From: a virus
DNA length: 64,000 bases
Virus record (IMG/VR): IMGVR_UViG_3300036770_008028
Coordinates: 64,001 to 128,000 of that record
Strand: one strand, 5' to 3'
The notes below the pieces were generated by a model. The model was not told where the DNA came from. It ran no database searches and saw nothing but the letters and a program-made list of their open reading frames with translations. Position numbers and translations under genes: made by a program. Of this stretch, positions 31,214 through 40,192 are shown in pieces (within the stretch, counting starts at the first letter, position 1; each line of letters opens with the position of its first letter).

Positions 31214-32504
31214 ACCGACTACCTTGTGTATGGCGCCCTGGACTCATACCTATCTGAGTCCGCAGACTGAGCGTCGCCTGTGCTGCGCCAGCCGAGAACC
31301 TGCACAGAATTTCCAGCAGTACATTGACACAGCCGCGGGCACAGGCGAATACATTCCCATCACGCTGGAACAGCACTGGAACTCGGAACACATGCGTTCG
31401 GTTCGCAGGCGCATGATGGCCGGAGAGATCTTGCCCGAATGCGACGTGTGCAACAACAAACTGTTGAACACCGATGTATATCGCACATACTTCAATGGAT
31501 TGTTCGGTCACAAATACCAAGAGGCCATGCACAGCACAGACCAAGATGGCCGTACCACTATGCTGCCAGTGAGCTGGGATTATCGATTCAGTAATCTCTG
31601 TAATTTCAAATGTCGTACCTGTGGCGACATGCTGAGTTCGGCATGGGAAAGTGAACAACGGCAGCACAAAATGATAGATTGGACCAATCCTAAGAACGGT
31701 TGGATGGTTCCAGCAGTACGTCAAGAAATCGTCAAGTTCCAAGAAACTCAGATAGAACAAGAATTCGCAGAAGCAGTAGAACAACACCGTGTGGAAGAAA
31801 TATATTGGGTGGGAGGCGAGCCATTGATGTATGAGCAACACTGGCGATACATGAAACGTATCGTAGAACTCGGTGATGGACCCAGACTCTATGCCAGATA
31901 TAATACCAATCTCTCTAGGGTAGATTATCGCGGTATCAATCTTTATCTGGACATCCTACGTCATGTAAGAGATTGGCAGATCTGCGCCAGCCTCGATGGA
32001 ACCGGTGCTGTGGGAGAATATATCCGCACCGGACTTGACTACGAGCAGTGGAAACAAAACTTTGCTCGCGGACTAGACATATCCCGCCATCGCAGGCAGA
32101 TGAGAATCGACTTCACTCTTACACTTCCGGGACTGTTCGAAGTAGCCAATATTCAAGCATTGTCTCAAGAATTTGACGTGGACATCCTGGCCAAGGTTGT
32201 GTTCAGTTTCACGCCGGACATCATAATGAGTCCGTTGGTATTACCACGTAATTTACTGGATCGCATGATAGATCGATCACTAGATGGTCTACCCCCGGGC
32301 GCACTGCGAGACGTATTGACTCAATTAAAAACCAGACCAACCTTCCAGGAACAATGGCCGGATACATGGCAGGCAGGATTGATCAAAGGCAAGCGACGAA
32401 TTCTCAAGATTGAAAGTGTACGCAATGATACCTACAAATTTGAGGACATCATACAACAAGATGAGGAGATATATGCCTGGTGGCAAGATATTAGAACGGA
32501 TTGA
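31206..32504 (+). CDS. Radical SAM protein with N-terminal twitch domain
   Basis: CMAPW...LCC...CDVC; CNFKCRTC; VGGEP. Confidence 0.85.
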   Translation: MDKPTTLCMAPWTHTYLSPQTERRLCCASREPAQNFQQYIDTAAGTGEYIPITLEQHWNSEHMRSVRRRMMAGEILPECDVCNNKLLNTDVYRTYFNGLFGHKYQEAMHSTDQDGRTTMLPVSWDYRFSNLCNFKCRTCGDMLSSAWESEQRQHKMIDWTNPKNGWMVPAVRQEIVKFQETQIEQEFAEAVEQHRVEEIYWVGGEPLMYEQHWRYMKRIVELGDGPRLYARYNTNLSRVDYRGINLYLDILRHVRDWQICASLDGTGAVGEYIRTGLDYEQWKQNFARGLDISRHRRQMRIDFTLTLPGLFEVANIQALSQEFDVDILAKVVFSFTPDIIMSPLVLPRNLLDRMIDRSLDGLPPGALRDVLTQLKTRPTFQEQWPDTWQAGLIKGKRRILKIESVRNDTYKFEDIIQQDEEIYAWWQDIRTD

Positions 32505-33567
32505 AATAGGTTTACGCAACACAACCGATGAATCGATTCTCAGGATTTATATGGATGCCTATGATAACAGCTTGAGTCGAAAATGGCTGCAATCACTAGA
32601 GCACTGCCTGGCGGAACAATATCATCTAGAGAAAAATTACTGTTTCATGGGCTTTGTCACACATCGTCGTGACGGCGAATTTATTCTGCGTCAGATCAAC
32701 AACTCGATCGCAGCCATCAATGACAGTGCGCTGCCATATCACATAGATGATCAGTTTACCATGGAGAACACTATCCATGAGCATCCGTTGCCTGGCTGGC
32801 AGCATGGTAAAATGCTGAATCAAGATAAATTTAATGCGCTACATAGATATTTTGAAGATCTACAAGGAGTCAGCGGCAATCTCAGTGGATTATACAAACA
32901 GGCCACTGCTGAGATTCGTTGGCACATCAGGCAATTGAATTTGCTCTGTCACGAATTTGAAACATGGGCAATCAGTTATCGCAAATTACACATGGCACCC
33001 GAATGGCAGAGACCAAGTCAATTGATGTGCTGGCTAAATGCTCCAAGATTTATGCTGGATCAAGAAGACTACGAACTTTTTGGCATTGACACCATCAATA
33101 GATCACTGGGCGGAGTGTTTGTGGGTGTAAACAAAGCTGTGGGCAAACATCATTGGGAGGTTTTCCATGATGAAGGTAGGGACAGTAGAATAAATGAACT
33201 TACAACGTCAACCATGAAGGTTCAGACAGAGGCTTCGGCAGATTTTGACATTGAGTGGGCCAGAGATCCCGGTGGGTTTGACTGGCAGATACAGGAACTC
33301 AATGAATTTCGACGATGGTTGATAGTCAATGGATTTGATCCAGAAGACAAATCATTGACCATCGGTCATCCTCAGATTGGCCAGATAGATCTTTTGAACT
33401 CCTTTGGTACAGACCATTATGACAGCATATGGAAAATATTGTCCCAGCATCTAGATGTGAAATACATAAAGACATCGACGGTTAGAGCGGATTATCCTTA
33501 CTGTTGGAGCGATCAAGATTTCATGCATCAACAGATAGAATTGATTGAAAATGGAGCATCATTATGA
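32473..33567 (+). CDS. Hypothetical protein, about 364 aa
   Basis: SD GAGGAG before ATG 32473; His-rich helical motifs (LHRYFE, LCHEFE); no family recognised. Confidence 0.65.
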   Translation: MPGGKILERIEIGLRNTTDESILRIYMDAYDNSLSRKWLQSLEHCLAEQYHLEKNYCFMGFVTHRRDGEFILRQINNSIAAINDSALPYHIDDQFTMENTIHEHPLPGWQHGKMLNQDKFNALHRYFEDLQGVSGNLSGLYKQATAEIRWHIRQLNLLCHEFETWAISYRKLHMAPEWQRPSQLMCWLNAPRFMLDQEDYELFGIDTINRSLGGVFVGVNKAVGKHHWEVFHDEGRDSRINELTTSTMKVQTEASADFDIEWARDPGGFDWQIQELNEFRRWLIVNGFDPEDKSLTIGHPQIGQIDLLNSFGTDHYDSIWKILSQHLDVKYIKTSTVRADYPYCWSDQDFMHQQIELIENGASL

Positions 33568-33665
33568 AATGGCTTAAAAATATTTTCTACAAGATACGCC
33601 TGGAAGTGCGTTACCGGAAAAAATTACGAGACCTGCGCAAAAGAGATCCGTTTATCTATAAATGA
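33564..33665 (+). CDS. 33-aa basic peptide MKWLKNIFYKIRLEVRYRKKLRDLRKRDPFIYK (not in ORF track)
   Basis: ATGA overlaps at both ends, exactly filling the gap; C-terminal PFIY. Confidence 0.7.
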   Translation: MKWLKNIFYKIRLEVRYRKKLRDLRKRDPFIYK

Positions 33666-34312
33666 AACTTTTGACACTGGGATGTAGTTTTACCCGAGGC
33701 AGCGAATTAGTAGAACCAAATGTCACGTCGTGGCCAGTCGTGTTGGCCACAAAGTTGGGATGGGACGTCGATAACCGCGCAGAATTTAATGGTAGCAATG
33801 ACATGATGTTTCGTAAGGCCATAGAGCGAGATCAAGATTACGATCTTGTCATAGTGGCCTGGAGTGAGGCACATCGCATGGAAGTGTGGCTCAATGACAA
33901 GATAATTTCAGCACGCCGACGCCATCCCATTGGGCCGTTCAGTGTGAATCACAATTCAGCAGGACAGACACTGGAATGGGTGAAACCTTTTTTCGCCAAC
34001 CACTACGACGAACAGTATTTCTTGAGAAAGTGGTTGTGCCAAGCGGTAAGTTTACAGGATCATTTCAAACTGCACAGTCAGCGCTATGTTTTTCTCACGG
34101 CTTTTGGCAACGAGGAACCTTTGAAAAACTATCAAGGTGTGTTAAAATCTAAGATTGACACAGATCGTTGGGTAGGATGGCCGGATCAGAGTATCATGAC
34201 ATGGACTGCGGGTCTGCCCTATGGTCCCTACGGACACCCACTAGAACAAGGACATGCTGTAGTGGCAGATAAAATCTATGAACATATTAGGCATCTCGGC
34301 TGGGTTTCATGA
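33662..34312 (+). CDS. SGNH/GDSL-like hydrolase or acyltransferase
   Basis: Block I-like GCSFT, N-x-A-x3-GSN, and C-terminal GHP...GH. Confidence 0.6.
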   Translation: MKLLTLGCSFTRGSELVEPNVTSWPVVLATKLGWDVDNRAEFNGSNDMMFRKAIERDQDYDLVIVAWSEAHRMEVWLNDKIISARRRHPIGPFSVNHNSAGQTLEWVKPFFANHYDEQYFLRKWLCQAVSLQDHFKLHSQRYVFLTAFGNEEPLKNYQGVLKSKIDTDRWVGWPDQSIMTWTAGLPYGPYGHPLEQGHAVVADKIYEHIRHLGWVS

Positions 34313-35759
34313 TGCTGCTGTGAGCATTGTGTCGCCTCAGGGCGACATACTGTTCGCCGGTCACAGTGAACGTTATAGCCGTATCAAGAATGACTCCAGC
34401 ATACATCCAGATCTGCTGAAAGAATGCTGCGACTATGAGTTTGATACCGTGGCCTTCTATGAACGTCCTTGGATGCACAATTATCAACAGTGGAGATCTG
34501 GACAACGGGTCTACGGACCCTGGACCACCCGACAGGCTATACGACAGCATCTTGGTTCATGGTATCAACATCCGGCCAGGCGAGAAGTCAGTTATCGCCA
34601 TCATCTCAGCCATGCCGCATCTGGATTCCAGACTTCACCTTTCCAGGAAGCTGCTGTGGTAGTGATAGATGCCATCGGCGAGATGGATACCATATCAATC
34701 TGGCAGGCCCACTACGATGATCGTGGTCAAGCACAGTACCGATTGCGCTGGCGTCAAGGCTATCCACACAGCATAGGATTGTTTTATTCTGCAGTGACCA
34801 AGGCCGTGGGACTGAAACCCATGGAAGAAGAATACATCACCATGGGCATGGCTGCATATGGCACGGGTCTGGGCACAGCCTGGATGAAACAACAGGTCAT
34901 TGACAGCATGACGGATGTGCGCTTCCTGCGCAATCTACATATTGGGTTTGACGACCATGAGTGGTCATCTTACCACAAAGAAGATCTGGCTGCAGCAGCA
35001 CAACATCTCACTGAACTGTTGATCCGCAATGTGATGCTGCGCGCCAGGTCCTTGATCCACAGCGACAACTTGGTTTACATGGGCGGAGTGGCCTTGAACT
35101 GTGTAGCAAACTCTAGACTAGGAGACATCTATGACAAAATCTGGATCATGCCCAACCCGGGCGATGCGGGTTCCAGCCTTGGAGCCGCCGCTCTGGCTCA
35201 CGGAGGACGGCTTCGCTGGCGCGATGCTTTTCTTGGGCACGATATCCATGGTGCTTACCCTGTTCGCGATGTTCTTGATCATCTCCATACCCATCGTATC
35301 GTTGGCGTGGCTAGCGGTCGCGCTGAATGGGGCCCGCGAGCGCTGGGGAATCGTAGCCTACTCGCAGACCCCCGAGGGTCTGAAATCAAGGATCGGGTGA
35401 ATGAGATCAAACGCAGACAGAAATTCCGACCCTTTGCTCCAGTCATACTGGAAGAGTTGGCTGATGAGTATTTTGCTATGCCCCGCGGCTGGGGTCATTG
35501 CCGTTACATGCAGTCAGTCGCTCGTTGTCGGGAGCCTGACCGTTTTCCTGCTATATGCCATGTTGATGGCACCAGCCGAGTACAGACAGTACCGCAGGAT
35601 GGTTCAGGCATCCGGCAACTCCTAGAGCAATGGTATCTGCTCACAGGATGTCCTATGCTGCTGAACACCAGTCTCAACATCCGAGGAGAACCCGTGGTCA
35701 ACGATCGTGCGGATGCTGACCGATTCGAACAACTGTATGGCGTGAAAGTGTGTAGTTAG
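34278..35759 (+). CDS. Carbamoyltransferase, NodU/CmcH/TobZ family
   Basis: ILGIS..FHDAA, ERYSRIK, HHLSHAAS, GGVALNC, GDAG, EWGPRALGNRS, FRPFAP, HVDGTSRVQTV, LLNTSLN. Confidence 0.95.
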   Translation: MNILGISAGFHDAAVSIVSPQGDILFAGHSERYSRIKNDSSIHPDLLKECCDYEFDTVAFYERPWMHNYQQWRSGQRVYGPWTTRQAIRQHLGSWYQHPARREVSYRHHLSHAASGFQTSPFQEAAVVVIDAIGEMDTISIWQAHYDDRGQAQYRLRWRQGYPHSIGLFYSAVTKAVGLKPMEEEYITMGMAAYGTGLGTAWMKQQVIDSMTDVRFLRNLHIGFDDHEWSSYHKEDLAAAAQHLTELLIRNVMLRARSLIHSDNLVYMGGVALNCVANSRLGDIYDKIWIMPNPGDAGSSLGAAALAHGGRLRWRDAFLGHDIHGAYPVRDVLDHLHTHRIVGVASGRAEWGPRALGNRSLLADPRGSEIKDRVNEIKRRQKFRPFAPVILEELADEYFAMPRGWGHCRYMQSVARCREPDRFPAICHVDGTSRVQTVPQDGSGIRQLLEQWYLLTGCPMLLNTSLNIRGEPVVNDRADADRFEQLYGVKVCS

Positions 35760-36781
35760 AGATAGGACTCTAGTCCGCCACGGCGGCGTATGTCTTGAGT
35801 GCAACAACTGATTCCGCCGTCCCAGAAATAACTGTGACGCAGCTCTGACACGATGGGTTCTATGCGATGTCGACGGCAGAAATCAAACACATCTCGATTG
35901 TAGGCTGAAAATATCACGTGACTCTCGTCTAGCACCAAGCAGTTGACATCAAACACTGTCTCGGCCACGAATCCGGTCCACTTCTTGAGATAGGTATCAA
36001 CGAATGCTGTGAATTCTGGAGTAGGAGTCTGTCCCTGCACATACCAAGCTCCCGGAGATTCTTCATATTTGAACTTGCCTACTTCCATGGCAGCCCAGAT
36101 AGAACTGTCCCAAATCTTCAGCACTTCCCAACCGGGAAAGTCTCTGGCCAGATCTAGATTGACATCGTGCTTGCTGCTGAGGATCACTCCGGGTTTGAGG
36201 ATCGCGAATACAGCATCTCCATGCCCATCTGTGACAGCTTCATGTACGCGATATTCTGGACCCAGCACGTTATCCACGATCCAGCGAGTCTGTTCCGGGC
36301 GCAGGAAATCGCTGTTGTCGAAAAACACGTCCTGACCCACTCTCACGATACAACTGGCGCTGGCTCCGTTGAGTATGCAGTCGGGATTCCAAGTACCGCC
36401 ATGGGGATCTATCACCGCTGCTCCATAACTCTGACAGATGCGATCTAGTTCTGGCATGGGCAACACACGCAGGAGTTTTTGTCCCAGCGTGATCTGCCAG
36501 TCTCTGGGAGTGAGTGGCGGCAACGGAGCACCCTGTCCCGAAGTCTGTTGCTGTTGGAACTGGTCTTTATCTGGTAGATCCGGTCTCAGCACACGTGCAC
36601 CAAACTGTTCTATGGTGCGCTGCAAATTATCGAGATCTTCCGCGGTCTCTGACAGGATCTGTTGTAGTTGATTCCTGACCTGCGCATCTTCTATGAAATC
36701 AAAATAGTCGGGATCATAGGCACGCCCCACTATGACTTCTTCCAATGGTTGCCAACTGGTGTATGAGTTTACTGATGACAT
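35756..36781 (-). CDS. Amidinotransferase (glycine/inosamine-phosphate amidinotransferase family)
   Basis: VNSYTSWQPLEEVIVG, PRD, GHGD and GGISCCTQDIRR with the catalytic Cys region. Confidence 0.8.
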   Translation of the reverse strand: MSSVNSYTSWQPLEEVIVGRAYDPDYFDFIEDAQVRNQLQQILSETAEDLDNLQRTIEQFGARVLRPDLPDKDQFQQQQTSGQGAPLPPLTPRDWQITLGQKLLRVLPMPELDRICQSYGAAVIDPHGGTWNPDCILNGASASCIVRVGQDVFFDNSDFLRPEQTRWIVDNVLGPEYRVHEAVTDGHGDAVFAILKPGVILSSKHDVNLDLARDFPGWEVLKIWDSSIWAAMEVGKFKYEESPGAWYVQGQTPTPEFTAFVDTYLKKWTGFVAETVFDVNCLVLDESHVIFSAYNRDVFDFCRRHRIEPIVSELRHSYFWDGGISCCTQDIRRRGGLESYL

Positions 36782-37956
36782 CGTAATCCTTGTATCAAAA
36801 TATTTAATCTATCGCGCTTGGAGCTCAAGAAAAGTTGTTGATTGTGGGCGACGATATCCCAATTTTCGAGATACAACTGATGCAATGATTCTAGATCCAT
36901 GGCCAATAGTCTTTTTGTTTCCGCCATGGCTGCTTGATATCTTTCAGTGGTATCAGATATATCGTCGTAGCTATTATCTATTCCCCTGGGCAATCGGTAG
37001 CCAAGATCAGTCAGTGTGCGTAAAGTCCGCGAACATCCCAATACTACAAATGGCTGTGCATGTTTCAATGGTTTGAAGATTTTTTCAGTTAGAAAAGCAC
37101 CACCACTCTGATCTGCATCCATGTGTGTTTCCAGCACCAGATTAAAATAAGAATCTGAATAATGCTGATCCACATGTAGACTATGATCATTGTGTTGATC
37201 GCTGGTGAGATCGTCTGCAGCGAAAGGGCAACAAGCAAGGAACGCATCAAGACTTGATCTGAGACCGAGAAAACGATCTATTTCTATAGGATTATCTTCG
37301 CTGCGATCGCCCACAGACACAGAATTGTCGTAACTGAAAAAAACGTCTCGAGCAAGATCCAAACGCCAAATGTCGGCCATGGCAGTGGCACGCCACCATT
37401 TGTGAGTCCTTACCAGGGCAGTGCATTTATGAGATCTTGGTCGGTCGTGCATCTCGGCGGCCGGGATGTCTTGATTACGCAGGCGGTACAACAGTTCATC
37501 GTCCGCGAAATACACACATTGTGATAGATCGTTGGCCCGTGTGTTAGCGGAAACCAGCCATATGCGATCAGCACAGATACCGGCCTCTTGTGCTTGCTGA
37601 TATAGATGCTGTTGTATTTTCTGTGGATCGTCACCTTCGCTGTACCAAAACAACAGTTTCATGAGTCTGTGTTTTAGTCTGTCCAATGCAGCGGGAGATA
37701 GAAGTTCAAACCATCGTACACCAAAATCAAAAAAAGAAACAGACACGATGTAAAAACTATCTCTGTCGCTGCGATCCACGGTCTGTATTTCGTGATCCAC
37801 ATGTTCGGTCCGGAGATAATCCAGGAGCATAGGAGGTTCTGAATACGGCCATGTCACGCTGAATTTTTTCCAAGATTCCTCTCCTGGTGTGGCCACGTGT
37901 GTCGCTAGATTTGGGTAGAATCTATTTCGTACCTGTTGATCGATTATCAATTTCAT
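36769..37956 (-). CDS. GT10 (fucosyltransferase)-like 'TEK' family protein, paralogue 1
   Basis: LVLET...FLTEKIFKP...PFVVLG...LGY...DNSYD; start at the ATGA overlap. Confidence 0.5.
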   Translation of the reverse strand: MKLIIDQQVRNRFYPNLATHVATPGEESWKKFSVTWPYSEPPMLLDYLRTEHVDHEIQTVDRSDRDSFYIVSVSFFDFGVRWFELLSPAALDRLKHRLMKLLFWYSEGDDPQKIQQHLYQQAQEAGICADRIWLVSANTRANDLSQCVYFADDELLYRLRNQDIPAAEMHDRPRSHKCTALVRTHKWWRATAMADIWRLDLARDVFFSYDNSVSVGDRSEDNPIEIDRFLGLRSSLDAFLACCPFAADDLTSDQHNDHSLHVDQHYSDSYFNLVLETHMDADQSGGAFLTEKIFKPLKHAQPFVVLGCSRTLRTLTDLGYRLPRGIDNSYDDISDTTERYQAAMAETKRLLAMDLESLHQLYLENWDIVAHNQQLFLSSKRDRLNILIQGLRCHQ

Positions 37957-39113
37957 TTCAGCAACCTGATCATTGGTTCTAATGCGAGCCATTGGCGTTG
38001 GGAAAACCAATATCGATTCCACTCAACGTCGTGTAGACAGCGACGATATAGATCTTTTATCTTTGAAGATTTGATATCTTGGAGCAACTTTTTGATCGCT
38101 AGCCATCTTTCTGTGGGGTCAGAGATACCATCATAACTGTTGTCCAACACAGAATCAAACACCCTGTAGCCCAGATCTCTGAGATGTTGCAAAGTTCCTG
38201 CTGGTCCAACGATCACAAAAGGTTGCGCATACTTGATGCATTTCCATGTTTTTTCAGTCAAGAAAGTACCGTCGCTCTGATCTGCGTCAAAATGTGTTTC
38301 CATGACGACGTGGAAACAAGATCGACTGTACAATTCTTCGTTGACATAGCGATGATCATTTTTCTGGGCACGGTCAAGATCGTCACAGATGTAGGGGCCG
38401 CTAGATAAAAATTCGCCGGTTGCTTTCTCCCAACCTGGAACGGTTTTTATAGATATAGGGTTGTCTATGTCGCTGTCAATGATTTTAACAGAAGTATCAT
38501 AACTCCAAAGACTATTTTCTAGCAGTCCTTCCCTCCAGAGATCCGTCACACAAGACAGTCTCCACCATTTGTTTACACGGTTTAACAGAGTAAAATCATG
38601 CTCCGGAATGCTGTCTATCTGTTTTCTAGGAGACTGATTCCTGTTGACATATCTGAAAAAACATTCGTGGTCGTCGAAATAGTTCTCTGCCGCGGTATTG
38701 GCCGAGACAAATATGAATCGATCTAGTAGACCATGCGCTGTTGCTAACTCAACGAGTCTCGACGAGATCCTCGAAGGATTGTCTCCTTCGTGATAATAAA
38801 ATAAAATCTTAAATTTTCCCTGCTTCGCCCGGTCTCTGGTAACCTCAGGAATCAGCGAAAAATAATCTATATCAAAGTCAAACCAGTTCAATCCAATAGG
38901 GTACCAACCGTTTTCTGCCCATTGGGTCTGTTCCACTCTATATGATATGTGGTTGTGATCTAGATACATCAAAAATCTAAAAGGTATGACCCAAGGCCAA
39001 TGCTGTCCAAATTCGTGCCATTCTTTGGTGAAAGGTTCCGCTTCCATGAGAGACAGATTCGGATGGCCGATATTACTGCCCGCTGTGTGATCGTATACCC
39101 AAGTCAATTGCAT
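37953..39113 (-). CDS. GT10-like 'TEK' family protein, paralogue 2
   Basis: VVMET...FLTEKTWKC...PFVIVG...LGY...DNSYD. Confidence 0.5.
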   Translation of the reverse strand: MQLTWVYDHTAGSNIGHPNLSLMEAEPFTKEWHEFGQHWPWVIPFRFLMYLDHNHISYRVEQTQWAENGWYPIGLNWFDFDIDYFSLIPEVTRDRAKQGKFKILFYYHEGDNPSRISSRLVELATAHGLLDRFIFVSANTAAENYFDDHECFFRYVNRNQSPRKQIDSIPEHDFTLLNRVNKWWRLSCVTDLWREGLLENSLWSYDTSVKIIDSDIDNPISIKTVPGWEKATGEFLSSGPYICDDLDRAQKNDHRYVNEELYSRSCFHVVMETHFDADQSDGTFLTEKTWKCIKYAQPFVIVGPAGTLQHLRDLGYRVFDSVLDNSYDGISDPTERWLAIKKLLQDIKSSKIKDLYRRCLHDVEWNRYWFSQRQWLALEPMIRLLK

Positions 39114-40192
39114 GATACTTTGATGGAATCCAACATCTGTGTTAATTCCTTCCACAGTATTGATTCGAAATCACCTCCATAGAAGTGTCGGAAATTGTGT
39201 TCCACCGTGGATCGGGCATGCCGATGATATTGTGAGAGTTCATGAGCACTGCAGTCGTCGAGGTGTTTGAGCAGATCAGCCACGGCAATCAAACGATCAT
39301 GATCGTTCATGGTATCATAGTCTTCAGACCATAGATGATCAAAAGTCTGGAATCCATAACGCCGTAGATATTCTAAACTACCTTGTGTGGATACCATCAC
39401 GAAAGGCATCCGCAGGCAGATGGGTTTGAATGTTTTCTCGGTGAGGTGATTCCTACGTCCTGTATACACAGTCTCAGTGATCACATGTGCCAGGCTAGTG
39501 GCATTTTCCGCAAACAGACTCAACCAGCAACTGTGCATGGGATGGTCAGTTTCGCCCGGAAAACACATGGGCAATGATGCTTCGCGGAAAGTTTGTTGCA
39601 CTGTTGGTCCGAACTTTGCACTGAGTTCTACCACATCCTGCCCCTCTACTGGGCATACCCAGGGAAAACTGATCCAGGCGTTGCGGACCTTTCTTTCCAG
39701 GAGATGATACATCAACAAGATTCGATGATCTCTTTTACCGCCGATTATACGGTTGGGACTGATAAAACTGCGGGTGATTTTCCTCTGCTCTGGCGGTGCG
39801 ATCAAGAAGGTACGATCATACCCTCTGTACCAATCTAGGGCAGCCCATCCATGGAAAAAATAATAGAATGGAGTGAATCCATATTCTTTACACAGTGCGT
39901 CCACAAACTCGCTTTCTGACTCGCTGGTAATTATTATTTTTTGTCCCTCTATATCGCTATTTTTTTCTCGCACTGCATCAAACAAAGGTTGATGTGTGTC
40001 CAAATGAATAGGCTCTTGGTCGTGAAGTAATATATAATGTTGTTCGTAGTCTATATCCTGGCCAAAATTAAACAGGCTGTCGGGATCAGATCTCCCCGGA
40101 GGGTCACAGAACCACATGCGTGTAGGTAAAGTGATGTTGTTTCTGATCCAGGGCCAGAATATGTTGTTGTAAATCTCATCTATACGGATCAT
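39104..40192 (-). CDS. GT10-like 'TEK' family protein, paralogue 3
   Basis: VITET...HLTEKTFKP...PFVMVS...YGFQTF...EDYD. Confidence 0.5.
   Translation of the reverse strand: MIRIDEIYNNIFWPWIRNNITLPTRMWFCDPPGRSDPDSLFNFGQDIDYEQHYILLHDQEPIHLDTHQPLFDAVREKNSDIEGQKIIITSESESEFVDALCKEYGFTPFYYFFHGWAALDWYRGYDRTFLIAPPEQRKITRSFISPNRIIGGKRDHRILLMYHLLERKVRNAWISFPWVCPVEGQDVVELSAKFGPTVQQTFREASLPMCFPGETDHPMHSCWLSLFAENATSLAHVITETVYTGRRNHLTEKTFKPICLRMPFVMVSTQGSLEYLRRYGFQTFDHLWSEDYDTMNDHDRLIAVADLLKHLDDCSAHELSQYHRHARSTVEHNFRHFYGGDFESILWKELTQMLDSIKVSCN

Noticed and set aside
25569-33665. RiPP cluster with the 33-aa peptide as radical-SAM precursor
   Set aside because: No leader/core pattern, PqqD/RRE domain, peptidase or exporter; the surrounding enzymes are sugar-directed.
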